64,000 nucleotides of DNA, from positions 9,796,001 to 9,860,000 of the forward strand of contig JBHGNT010000011.1 of assembly GCA_043228905.1 (NCBI GenBank), in the 5' to 3' direction. Below are positions 1 to 11,164 of this stretch, one piece after another. Source of the stretch: Azolla caroliniana (taxonomy: Eukaryota > Plantae > Polypodiophyta). Position 1 is the first letter of the stretch; each line of letters starts with the position of its first letter. Position numbers and translations under genes: made by a program. Under the pieces are notes generated by a model. The model saw only the letters and a list, made by a program, of their open reading frames with translations. It was not told where the DNA came from and searched no databases.

Positions 1-16
1 TCTTGGTTGGTGACGG

Positions 17-794
17 TGTCGTGGAGAATTTCGGCCAGAGGCGGAAACCGGGAAACATTGGCTACATCGGCGGGGTGCAGCATGTGTGCTCACCCATGTA
101 CATTTAGTGTGAATAACGAGGGCGCCTTTATGGCGCCGAAGAGTAGTCAAGTCGAGACAGACGATCCCATGTAAGTTGGGATTTATCCCACATTGTAACG
201 CATCCCTCTCCTTGTTCTATAAAACAAAGGGACCGCCCTTTGTGAAAAGGGTTGCCCATTTTGCGTTAGAGGGTATACCGTTAGATTTAGGGTTAGTTAC
301 GCTTCTTCTTCTTCTTCTTCTTCTTCTTCTTCTTCCCCCTTCGTGTTTTGCTTAGGGTTTGCTTTGGCTCGGCCTCCTGTGCAAGACCCCGCTCGGCGCG
401 ACGAGCCGAGAGCTCCCCGACGGCGGCTTGACAGCAGACGACTGCTGTAACCTACCTTGGTCCGGCTCGAAGCCGGGAATGTATTCTTCCTTTATATATA
501 TATATACATTTGCATCTGTCTGTGTATATTCGTGTCTCTGTTGGGGTCGGGTGCTTCCCCTTTCCTGCGTTTCCTGTACATAAGGGCGTGAGTCGGGTCG
601 ACATGTGTGTGTGTGTGCGTGAGTCGGTGTTAAGCGCGCGCTCCCTCTCTTTCTCTCTCTCCCTTCGGTCGCTTCCGGTGTTCTTCTGGGATTCCCTGGA
701 AACGGTGAAGCACGACTTCCTATGCTCCGTCACTCCCTAGTCCAAGACCTCCGTGGTCCCGCCTTTCTCCACGCACGCGCGTAACAACGCGACA
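17..794 (+). repeat. 5' LTR (778 bp)
   Basis: Near-identical to 4707-5479 (a few percent substitutions plus (CTT)n/(TA)n length differences, by eye); TATA-like CTATAAAA near 218. Confidence 0.95.
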
Positions 795-798
795 TCTT

Positions 799-815
799 TG
801 GTGAACCCGACGTGA
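799..815 (+). promoter_or_regulatory. Primer binding site, tRNA-Trp type
   Basis: TGGTGAACCCGACGTGA is complementary to the ...TCACGTCGGGTTCACCA 3' end of plant tRNA-Trp; 4 nt after the LTR end. Confidence 0.8.
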
Positions 816-831
816 AAGGCGGCAAGGGAGG

Positions 832-2265
832 ATGGAGTCGGAAGACGATGACCTCGCGGTGATGGTGGCCGAAGTGGTGTTGGAGTCGGCACGAGTGGTG
901 ATGAGGCGAGAAGCAGTGCAACAAGCGGTTGAGCGAGTGGTCGAAAGAGTCGGCCGTTTCAACGGGGACAAAGTCCCATCTTACTTGGGAGCCTACAATG
1001 CGGATATGGAGGAGCGTGGCGTAGACGAGGCGTTGAGGCTGGAGTTCTTCTGTCGAGTCGTAGCTGTCCGGATGCATGTGGAAGTAAAGGAGCTCCGTGA
1101 GGCTCATAGTTCGTGGGAGGCCTTTGAAGAGGCGCTCCTGAAGGCATACAGAGGACGGTGGAAGAGCCGGGGACGACACGACTTCGACCAGTGGGTAGCA
1201 TCGGCAAAGACCCACCGGGCCGCGACGAAGGCGTTCTGAGAGTTCGGGCGACGGCTTGCTGGGCTCCCGGAGCGGGAACAAGGTTTGGTGGGGACGGACA
1301 AGGTCCTATTGTTGGTCAGGTTGATCGACCGAGTGGAACGGGAGGCCATCGGGATTGAGCTCGAAGATGATGACGGAGCGAATGGGCTTACAGAGGACTG
1401 GTCGAAGGTTGGAAGGGTGTGCCTACGGCTAGACAATGAGCGAGCCGAGAAGGGTAAGAGGAAGGCGCGCGACGACATGCCATCACAGCGGGAAGAGGCC
1501 GAACAACAAAGAGAGCCGGCAAGGGTCGGCGTTGGGGCCAAGATTGCGGAGGCGTACGCAGCTCTCGAGGCGATGCTCGAGGAAGAGGAAAGATCAAGGC
1601 CGCAAGCTGAGACTGAGGAGACGGACTTGCCCCACGCGACGGCGGAAGATCGGTACGATGGTACCACGGGAGAGGGCGTGAAACAAAATGCCCTCTTGAC
1701 TTGTGGAGATAGAACGGCCAAGGACGAGGCCGAGATACAGATCGCGGAACCGGATAGTTGGGACCAACGGTTTCGGGCGTGTCAGCCTGAAACCCCGGAA
1801 ATCGGAGAAGCAAGCCCAGGCGGGGCTTGCGCGATCAATAAAAAGACGATCGCCGACCACGAAGAGTCGGTGGCTACGGACGAGGGCGTAAAACGGACGA
1901 GCGATTCTTTGTGTCTTCCCACACTTGCTCTCGAGACGATGGCAATCGGGCCCGAGTGCCCACGTGAGTCCCAACCGGAGGAAGGCGGCAGCGAAGGACC
2001 AAGAATCACTGGCGAGACGATATGGGGAAGGAGCGGACGAAAGCCCACGGACCCGATTCTGGAGAACTCGGCGTTCGGGCCCGTATGCCCATGTAAGACC
2101 GAGGAGATGGATGGCGGTACCGAGGTGTCCTGGCACGATGCCAACGAAAGGGGTGACAAGGAGACCAAGGAACGACCCGACTGGGGACCGAACCACGCGA
2201 CGCTCCGGTATAGGTGGAGCGTGATCCGGTCGTGGATTGTTCGATCGGGGCCAGAATCGGCATAA
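832..2265 (+). pseudogene. gag-like ORF with one in-frame stop (1237-1239) and a charged repetitive extension
   Basis: ORFs 832-1239 and 1285-2265 share a frame. VGRFNGDKVPSYL...WEAFEEAL aligns with IGQFNGKDVSRYL...WEAFEEAL in the gag of the 5480-9666 element. Confidence 0.8.
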
Positions 2266-4706
2266 AGGTGCTGATACAGGAGAGGGTGCGAGATGAGCCG
2301 CCCTCTTTTACATGGGGAGAAAGACCGACTAGGTGAAGGTCGGGAATTGGAAAGGAAGGTGATCAAAGGTTCGGAACGAGTCTGGCAAGATCGGCATCGG
2401 AGCCGAAACTCCGGACATTGGAGAATCAAGCTCAGGTGGGGCTTGATTGATCACAGAGCAAATGCTGTCCACCGACACCACTAAAAGGGGCGGTGGCCCG
2501 GATGAGTTGCAAAAAGACGTTGCGAAATCGGTTACACCACATCTTATCCGGAGACTTCGGCAGTTAGGCCGACGTGGCAACGTGAGACCGAAAGAGATGG
2601 AGGATGGAGGCAAGTACGCGAGAAGGAGGGAAGTGATGAGTTCGGGAGAAGTACAAGGGATGAAGAGGAGAATGAAGTTCGGTCCTATAGGATCCCCACA
2701 CCAGTCCGGAGGCCCCAACAGTTCGGCCAACGTGGCAATGTGAGACCTAGGGAGAAGGCTGGTGGCGACAGGAGAACGGGACCCGACAATACGGAGAAGG
2801 ACGGACGGACCTGGACGAGAACCGGGCGGAGCGGACTACCGGATGACCATTCCGGGAGGGAGGAAAAGAGCCGGCCTACGAAGAGGCCGAGGAGACGGTA
2901 CGTCGGTACCACGGGAGAGGGTGCGGAGTAAACCGCCCTCTCGGCGTGTGGAAAAGGATGACCCGAGACAGGGTCAGGAAGACAAATCGGAGGCCTGAGG
3001 AGGATCCTTCACACCGGTTCTAGAGACTTCGGCAGTCGGCAACGCGATTGACGTAAGACCAAGATACTGACGGTGGCGGAAAGGTGACGAAGGGAAAAGG
3101 CCTACGGATGGGCAGTCTACGGAGATCCTCACACTGATCCGGCGGACGGCCCGAGAGCCGGCGTGAGTCCTATAGGGAAGATCGGTGGCGGTAGGAGAAC
3201 GTGATCGGACAGCAGGAGGCGACGAACGGCAAGGAGGTATCAGGCCGGCGAGGCGGCCACGAACCAAATCGGACCTTCCGGCAAGGTCAATGGGCGTAAG
3301 GAAGTCCGGTCCTACGGGATCCCCACACTTAACCAGAGACTCCGGTAGTTCGGCCAACGTGGCAACATGAGAACGAGAGAGAAGGTTGGTGGCAGCGGGA
3401 AACAGGACCCGACTACGCGGAAGACACGAGGAAAGTCAGGGAGGGACTCAAACAAAAGACACCCGAATTTCGGCAAGCATAGAAACGGAGTCCGGTCCTA
3501 TGGGACCCTCACACCAATCCGGAGACTCCGGCAGTTCGGCCAACATGGCAACGTGAGACCTAGGGAGACGGACAGTGGCGGCAGGGAACGGGACCCGACG
3601 ACACGAGGTAGCGGATAGGGAGCCGGAAGACGGGTGGACAAAGTGTGAAACCCTCACCGGCCGGTTACGGTTTCGGAAGGAGCCGATAGGGGCAAACACA
3701 GGGAGGTGTGTGAGGCCGAAAAGGCACACCTGGGACGGAACAAGAGTCTCGCAAGTGGCCATCGCGGGCCGGATCGAAGCGAGACTGCGGGACGGTGTTC
3801 GGCGCGGGTGGAAGACGGCACAAGGGAGGTGTCGGGAACGAGGTGACGTAGTGGACTGCACAGGGTCAGAGTCAAGGGATGACAAGAGAGGCCGGAGGAG
3901 GATCCTCCACACTCGTTTCGTAGATCTCGGGAGCTCCGTCGAAGTAGCGAAGACTGACACGGCAAGCCCGGGGTGACAAGCTAGTGGGGGCGAGGGGACA
4001 ATGGCAAGCGGAAGACTCGGAACCTGTTGCAGCAGCACGAAGACGGGAAGGGCCAAGCGGGCTACTACGGGGTGTTCCTCGGATGCGAAGGACACTAGTA
4101 TGCGGGTGAGCGGCGATGCACGATCTAGTCGGAAAAAGGGGGGGCCGACAAGGCGTGCAATGAATCGGAGTACGGCATAGGCAGTGCCAAACAACGGACG
4201 AGGGTATGTGGCACACGAAGGTGCCAGAGCGGGAAGGCGAGCGCGGAGACAGTTGCGCGGTTCGGAGGTAGCGCGTAGAAGGCCAGAAAGGGATCCTCCA
4301 CACTATTCCGGAGACCATGGCGGTTCGAGCCGACGCGGCAATGTAAGACCATGGAGAAGGAAGGTGGCAGCGAGAGGACGCGAACGATCAACGGAGGCCA
4401 AGCGGGCCGCTACGGGCGTTCCCCCAAGCGGAGGACATCGGGCATACGGCGGGGAGCGGGGCATTCATACGGCCGAACAAGGGCAAACGGAAGCACACGT
4501 ACTACGGAGATCGCGGCAGAGGACCCATCGACGGGTCGAACGAGCCTACGGGGAGGTAAGCGCGAAGGAAGAACCGAAGCCGACAGATCAAACCGGCAGC
4601 GAGCCGAGATGCGGATTACGGAAGACCGGTTTCTCACCGGCCGAAATCTCTCACCCTTCACCGGATTTGGTACGTACCGGTGGACGTGCGGTTAGGTGGG
4701 GGCAGA

Positions 4707-5479
4707 TGTCGTGGAGAATTTCGGCCAGAGGCGGAAACTAGGAAACATTGGCTACATCGGCGGGGTGCAGCATGTGTGCTCACCCATGTACATTTAGTGT
4801 GAATAACGAGGGCGCCTTTATGGCGCCGAAGAGTAGTCAAGTCGAGACAGACGATCCCATGTAAGTCGGGATTTATCCCACATTGTAATGCATCCCTCTC
4901 CTTGTTCTATAAAAGGAAGGGAGCGCCGTTTGTGAAAAGGGTTGCCCATTTTGCGTTAGAGGGTATACCGTTAGATTTAGGGTTAGTTACGCTTCTTCTT
5001 CTTCTTCTTCTTCTTCTTCATCCCCCTTCGTGTTTTGCTTAGGGTTTGCTTTGGCTCGGCCTCCTGTGCAAGACCCCGCTCGGCGCGACGAGCCGAGAGC
5101 CCCCAGACGGCGGCTTGACAACAAACGACTGATGTAACCTAACTTGGTCCGGCTCGAAGCCGGGAATGTATTCTTCCTTTATATATATATACATTTGCGT
5201 CTGTCTGTGTATATTCGCGTCTTTGTTGGGGTCGGGTGCTTCCCCTTTCCTGCGTTTCCTGTACATAAGGGAATGAGTCGGGTCGGCATGTGTGTGTGTG
5301 TGCGTGAGTCGGTGTTAAGCGCGCGCTCCCTCTCTTTCTCTCTCTCCCTTCGGTCGCTTCCGGTGTTCTTCTGGGATTCCCCGGAAACGGTGAAGCACGA
5401 CTTCCTACGCTCCGTCACTCCCTAGTCCAAGACCTCTGTGGTCCCGCCTTTCTCCACGCACGCGTGTAACAACGCGACA
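4707..5479 (+). repeat. 3' LTR (773 bp)
   Basis: Copy of 17-794, preceded by the PPT and followed by TSD ACGG. Confidence 0.95.
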
Positions 5480-6829
5480 ACGGTCTTCGGCCGTAGGGCC
5501 CACATAGATGTCCGACTACCAATATTTCTTCTTGCGCGAATGCCGATTTCTCACCGGAAAGTGTTAGGTGCACATCTTCTAACTTTCGAAGCACTTTCTC
5601 GCAATCGCGAATATGGTCGACTACGAACTTTCGGCATCCCCGATCATCCATAGTTTCATCTTTTTCTTCTACCGCACATCCTTTCATTGGAATGTCATCT
5701 AGGAACGACATCGTTATCTCCGGAATGAAGTCTCGAAGCACCTTGTTCATCGCATTCATCTTATGTGCGACCGGGTTCGTCGTGCCTTGTGGTAGCGTAC
5801 ACATCCGGACTAATCCTATCGGTGTCCGCATGATAGTGATGTCTCGGCTCTTCACAGCTAGTTGGAATTGGTCATATCTGGAGTATAGGTCTCCGATGGA
5901 GTATATCGCGCGACCGGCAAATGCTTCCGCAAATTCGTCTACTATCGGACCAACTCCGGAGTTCTGGATCGTGACCTTGTTCACCGGTTGCAAATCTTGA
6001 ATAAATTGGAGTGACCCATTCTTCTTCAGAACCGTAAACCATCGATTTGAGTACGGAGCATTTGATGGCTCTAGAATCCCCATTGCCACCTTCTCCTTGA
6101 CCAAGTCGATGATTTTCGGAATATGCGCCTGTGGCACCGGAATCGGCTTTAGGTTCCACGTCACATGGTCAATCGTGAAGATCACCATTGGCTCCACTAT
6201 CTTCGGATCAACGCACCCTATCTCCCTTGATGTGAATTCGAATGCTTTGCCATGTTGCTCCAACATCTCACAAAACCGTTCTTCTTCTTTTTGTAAGAGG
6301 AAAACACCTCCACCGATCCGAAGTTTCTTCCGGTCTCATCCGTGAAGGCATGTCCGATATCCACGGACTTCCGAAGTGTCAGATCTCCCGAGACTTCTTT
6401 CCTCTTTTGTTCGTTATCGGCGGGTAGTGGTCCCGCGGCCAGTTTCACCTTCTTCTCCACGGTCTTGTATTTCGTACTTACCATTGCTTCTTCTTTGCGG
6501 AGCGCATCCGTACATCTCGACCGATTCCACCAGGACTACCCGGTCTCTCTGGCTTGTATCTTTCGTGAGCTCTTCAAGCCGTTGTAGCTTGCTCCCATAG
6601 AACACTTCTTCGACTATTCCCACGATTTCTTCATCTTCTTTTATTATTGATGTTGACCGTAACTTATCCACCACTTTTCGATATTCTTTCTTCATTCCTC
6701 CAGTTACGGCCGTGTACGTAGATGCCCCATCCGGACCGATTCGTACTTGTTTTGCTCCGAGAGTTTTCTTCCTGAGTGGGGTATCAGGGCTTCTCAGACT
6801 ATCACTTCCCCACTCTGCAACAGTCCGCT
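5480..6829 (-). pseudogene. pol (RT portion), frameshifted
   Basis: ORF pieces 6414-6695, 6218-6484 (KYKTVEKKV) and 5415-6266 with RT motifs DLQPVNKVT, YDQFQL, LPQG, FLDD; interrupted at 5480 by the insertion. Confidence 0.85.
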
Positions 6830-8857
6830 CTAAAAGTCCATTCTTGTTTGGGACAAGAGCTCTGTCTTGTTCCTTTCATGATTTGCCGGCACCGTTAGGA
6901 ATTGGACGGATTTCCCTCCGTTTTGGCTCCGAATTCGTGCAAAAGCCGCACCGCTATCGAGCACCTTCGTCTCCATCCGTGATGCCGTGATAAAGGGTTG
7001 CCCGAGGATCACGGAATGTGAGACCTCGTCTTGTACGAAGAAATTTTGGTCAATCTCGACATCCCCGATCTTCACCGTCACATCCGGACAAGCCGCAAAT
7101 AGATCTTCCGTTGTTTTAGTGGCGGCCCGGATCTTCCATCCATGATTGGTGTTAATAGGCCACTTCCCCTTTTGGTAGAACTCTTTGTACATCAAATTGA
7201 TCTCCGATCCGTGATCAATCAATGCTAGCACATGCTCTTTGATGTTGCCAATTCGGACCGGAGTCTCCGTAGTTGCACGGGTCCAGTGTGGCTTTGTATA
7301 GTGGGAATTCAGAATCTCGTCCTCCACTTCGGTGTCGTTCATTAGAACGGTATTTGCATTCACCCTTGGAGCGTTCTCCTCCGTACTTTGCCTTTTTCTC
7401 TTCACGAGATCCACAAGAAGATCGTGGAACTCCTTCTTCGCTATTCCGAGTATTTCTCGAAGTGAAAAATCTACCCGGCTATCGAGGATTCTCTCCTCGA
7501 ACAACTTTTTCAAGTCCGTTTGTTGTTCGATGTCCAAGGCAAGCTTGAATGCCGGAGTCATCTTTTCTTTTCCCTTACCTCCGGAGTTCCAACTTTCCGG
7601 TGTCTTCGATGGATCGGCCGCCTCATCCGTGTGTCGTCGCTTCTCATCTACATACACTTCATGCAATTGGCATAAAGCAAACACGGGGCACTCCCATCCC
7701 GTAGCTTCCCGGATGCCTTCCGCGGTGCTTCGGATCTCGTTAGAGTCGGTTTTCTCGGTGTTTTCTAGCACTTCCGGCCAAAAAGACACATTTGCTCCCG
7801 ATGACTCCCCGACACGTATTCCCACGGTTGTCACGTAATTGCTCTTCGCCGTTATTTCCTCCTCTAGGACCTTCTTCATGCCGCCTTTTCAGAAGTTCGG
7901 TCGGAGCGGCTTCCGTGAGTCCATCGAATGAATCCGACTTCCCTCGTAGTAGATAAGATCCTGTCGTAGCGCTTGCTTGTGGTCGTCACAATCCCTTCGA
8001 TCATGTTCGGTGCTATCGCACCATATGCATCGACAGTCCATATACTTGGAACTTGTGGTACGGTCATCCGACTTCTTCACCATCGCGATTTTTAGATTCT
8101 CCATCTCCTTCAGCAACTACTCCACCGTAGTTGCGTCGATTCCCTTCTCAGTCGTAGCTTCTCGAGGCCGCGGTTGATGGTCTTCCGACCCGGATCTCGG
8201 TTTCGGAAACGGTTTCGAAACCCTCTTTTCTTCGTTGGCAAGCCATTGCCCCCTCTTTGTGTATCGTGCGACGATATCCCACATGCTTTCCCATGTTTTG
8301 GTGAGGCCACTCTCAGTAGTCGTGTCCTCTAGAAGCACTCCAAGATCCTTTTGGTCCCGGATGTCTACGGCTCGTAAGAACATGATAACTTTGTCCGGTG
8401 CGAGGATAGCTTGATCTCTCGCAAACAACCTCCCGAACCGACTTTCGAATGCCGAAAACACATCGAGGACCTTCATCCCCTTGTCCGGCATTTCTACCCA
8501 ATCCTCGAATCCTCTCCGCATTGCCTTGGAGGAGTCCTCGATAGCGAACATGGTCTTTAGCGCCTCTTCAAATGCTTCCCACGTTGGATTTTGTTGTCGT
8601 AGCCCGTGGATACTTGCTTGAAGCCCGTCAGTAGCCACCCGGTTGAAGGATGCCACTTGCAGTCCTTCCGAAATCCCTCACCGTAGCATTTCCGCCTTGT
8701 AGTTCCGAAGATAGCGCGATACGTCCTTCCCGTTGAATTGCCCGATCCATTGCACGAGCTGCTCTACTGCCGCTGCTATCTCCGACATCGCACGTTGTTC
8801 TTGAAGCATCCGCTCGAACATCATCATCATGTTGTTAGCCTCCGGTTGATTTTCCAT
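6830..8857 (-). pseudogene. gag-protease ORF with stops/frameshifts
   Basis: ORF pieces 8678-8944, 8117-8656, 7889-8116 (Zn knuckle) and 6830-7879 (aspartic protease DHG motif and ILGQPF). Confidence 0.85.
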
Positions 8858-8895
8858 CTCCTTGCCACCCGTGTTCACGTCGGGTTCACCACTTG

Positions 8896-9666
8896 TGTCG
8901 TGCCTTACGGCTCCGGATCGTTGCGTGAGTCGGGTGGGAACCATTGGGGTTTTGGACTAGGAGGAAAGAAAATTCTAAGGCAATTAAGAATATGAAATAT
9001 ATTGTAAGAAAGAAAGATATGAAAAACTCGTGAATCCCACGATTTAGTGTATTAGTGAGTACTCAATTTAAGAGAGAAAAATAGTTAGGAAACTCGTGGA
9101 TCCCACGATTATATTATATCAATCAACCCTTGTAAAATAATCAACAACCTCTATACATATTTCTCTCTTCCTTATATAGTGTTGGAAGAGTCTAAGTTTA
9201 TCACATGCAAGCATCATGCTTTTCCTATCTTTAGTTTTCATGCACACTGCATGTGCATGATTAGCTTTCTATCTCATCTTTTCTTTTTACTCGAGTGTCT
9301 ATGCATGAATAACTTTTTGTACCATGCATGTCTAGAAATTTTACATGGGATAAAGTTTAGTATAACTTTAAAATTCATAACACGCTAGTATAATGATAAG
9401 GCTTAACATTATTAACATGGAGGCGCAAGGTTCGAATCTTGCCCTATGCATGTAATATATAATTTTATACTTTCTTCTATTTACAAATATGTCTCTTCAT
9501 CTGGTGAGAGACTCTCACCGGCCTTCTTCATCCGGCTCTTGCCGGTCTCCTTACTGGTTTCGGTTGTCACCAGTTCTTCCTTCCGGTTCTCACTGGGTAC
9601 TCCATATCCTATCCGGAGAAACCAAAAATGTAAATTTTCACGTAGTGTGCGAATTACACTACGACA
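8896..9666 (-). repeat. 5' LTR of the decayed gypsy element, with an embedded tRNA-like A/B-box cassette at 9386-9443
   Basis: TG...CA termini, adjacent PBS, U5 motif shared with LTRs 17-794, 22869-23873 and 51925-53004; flanked by GCGT. Confidence 0.85.
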
Positions 9667-9790
9667 GCGTTTGATACGAAATGGGGGGTATTCGTCGTGG
9701 TAGTTATGATGTTTGGGCTCAAGATGGTGCCGATAACGTTCCAACGAGTCATCATGGAAATCTTTGGTGACTAAATCCTCGCATTCATGC
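9667..9790 (+). pseudogene. Remnant of an older gypsy RT
   Basis: Translates AFDTKWGVFVVVVMMFGLKMVPITFQRVIMEIF, matching the TAF-T-G---VMPFGL-NAPATFQR RT segment. Confidence 0.7.
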
Positions 9791-9861
9791 TATCAGGAAT
9801 AATACTAAGATAGAGAGGGAATTAGTACTAAAAGATGAGGATTAGTACTAAGGAGGGTGTC

Positions 9862-9917
<56 letters not shown>

Positions 9918-9938
9918 GAAAGAACAATGATAACATGT
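9791..9938 (-). repeat. Partial chromovirus LTR (U5 end) with (GA)n
   Basis: Repeats the first ~120 bp of the LTR beginning at 9939. Confidence 0.8.
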
Positions 9939-11164
9939 TGTCAGGAATAGTACTAAGACAGAGAGGGAATTAGTACTAAAAGATGAGGATTAGTACTAAG
10001 AAGGGTGTTGAACTCTCGGGAGAAGGAGAGAGAGAGAGAGATTGAGAGAACGATGATAACAAAAGATATATATATTATATGAAGAGAATATGTGGGAATA
10101 GCTAGGAAGCTTATGACTAGCGTGAACAGATTTTGTTCTCAATAATGCCGTGTGCCTCTTTTTATAGTGGCTTAGGAATATTCTTGACATTTCTAGAATG
10201 TTCCAGAGAAATCTAGAATATACATGGATTTCCTAAGTGAAATAATAAATGGAAATAATTTTTTTTGTATTAAAATGTATACCTTAATGGTAAGTCTTCA
10301 ACCCATGTGACAGAAGGTCATGGGTTCTAATCCTTTTGAAGTCATACCATGCTATATCAAGACACTACCCCCCCTTAAGACAACGACAAGTGTTACGAGT
10401 TGTCTTAGATGGAGGACCTGGCTTGTCGAGATATTGTTGATGAAAGTCCTCAACAAGAGCTCAGGCATTTACCACATTCTCGACTGGTTCCCAAGTACAC
10501 TCGCTTGGACTAAAGCCTAGCCAATCGACCAAATAGTAGAGCTTGTTGCGAACAATCTTGGAATCGAGGATGGCAGCTACTTCGAACTCTTGTCCTGATT
10601 CAAGCTCGATCGGGGATGGAGGTGGTGTAATACGATTCAGAATAGTGTTGTCTTGATATGGTTCAAGAAGAGAGCTATGAAAAATTGAATATTCCGTAGT
10701 TGCACAGGTAGATCGAGACGAAAAGCGACATCATTAATTTTTCCGATAATTCTGAAAGGACCTAATCGTCGATAATCCAATTTATCGCATGAGCGAGTAG
10801 TCTTGATGTGTCGTCCTAATAGCCATACCCGATCTCCAATATTAAGACCGAATGGAAGCCAATGACAATCCACATAATCCTTCTGTGTTTGTTGAGCTTC
10901 TTGTAAATGAGTAGATAAGTCTACCTGTATCTTGTGTAGCCGCTCCAAACGATCCTCTACACAAGGATTTGTGGGTAACTCTGGAGTTTCGAATACACAC
11001 CATCGAGGATGATAGCCTGTATAAGCATAAAATAGTGTAACCCTAGTTTATGAGTGGACAAAGTTATTATATGCAAATTTGGCACAGTGGAGAATATCCG
11101 CCCAGTCATCTTGTTGATAGCTTAGAAAACACTAAAGATATTGTTCTAACATTTGATTTGTTTG

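Larger units (their letters stand above)
17..5479 (+). mobile_element. Non-autonomous Ty3/gypsy-derived LTR element (gag only, no pol), inserted antisense into the RT of a related element
   Basis: Direct repeats 17-794 and 4707-5479 (TGTCG...CGACA), 4-bp TSD ACGG (13-16 / 5480-5483), PBS 799-815, purine tract AGGTGGGGGCAGA 4694-4706. The host RT frame (PYGRRP|SPTK) rejoins across the insertion. Confidence 0.93.
5480..9666 (-). mobile_element. Decayed autonomous Ty3/gypsy element (tRNA-Trp PBS); continues at 1-16 and beyond the left window edge
   Basis: 5' LTR 8896-9666 (TGTCG...CGACA), PBS 8875-8891 identical to that of element 17-5479, gag, CCHC knuckle (CIWCDSTEHDRRDC), protease (LIDHGSEIN), RT (SNRWFTVLKKNG...FLDDIP). 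Confidence 0.9.

Noticed and set aside
455-480. GGCTCGAAGCC as a B box in LTR 17-794
   Set aside because: It lacks the GTTC core and no A box is found at tRNA spacing; it is better explained as a small hairpin.
1900-4360. Repeat-spacer pattern reminiscent of a CRISPR array
   Set aside because: Units are degenerate and irregularly spaced, lie inside a eukaryotic LTR element, and no cas genes are present.
359-5425. Many overlapping short ORFs on both strands in GC-rich TE sequence
   Set aside because: They are shadow frames of retroelement or LTR sequence with no recognisable domains.
9386-9443. The A/B-box modules as functional tRNA genes
   Set aside because: No consistent acceptor stem or anticodon arm could be folded in any copy; only the promoter boxes and their spacing are kept.
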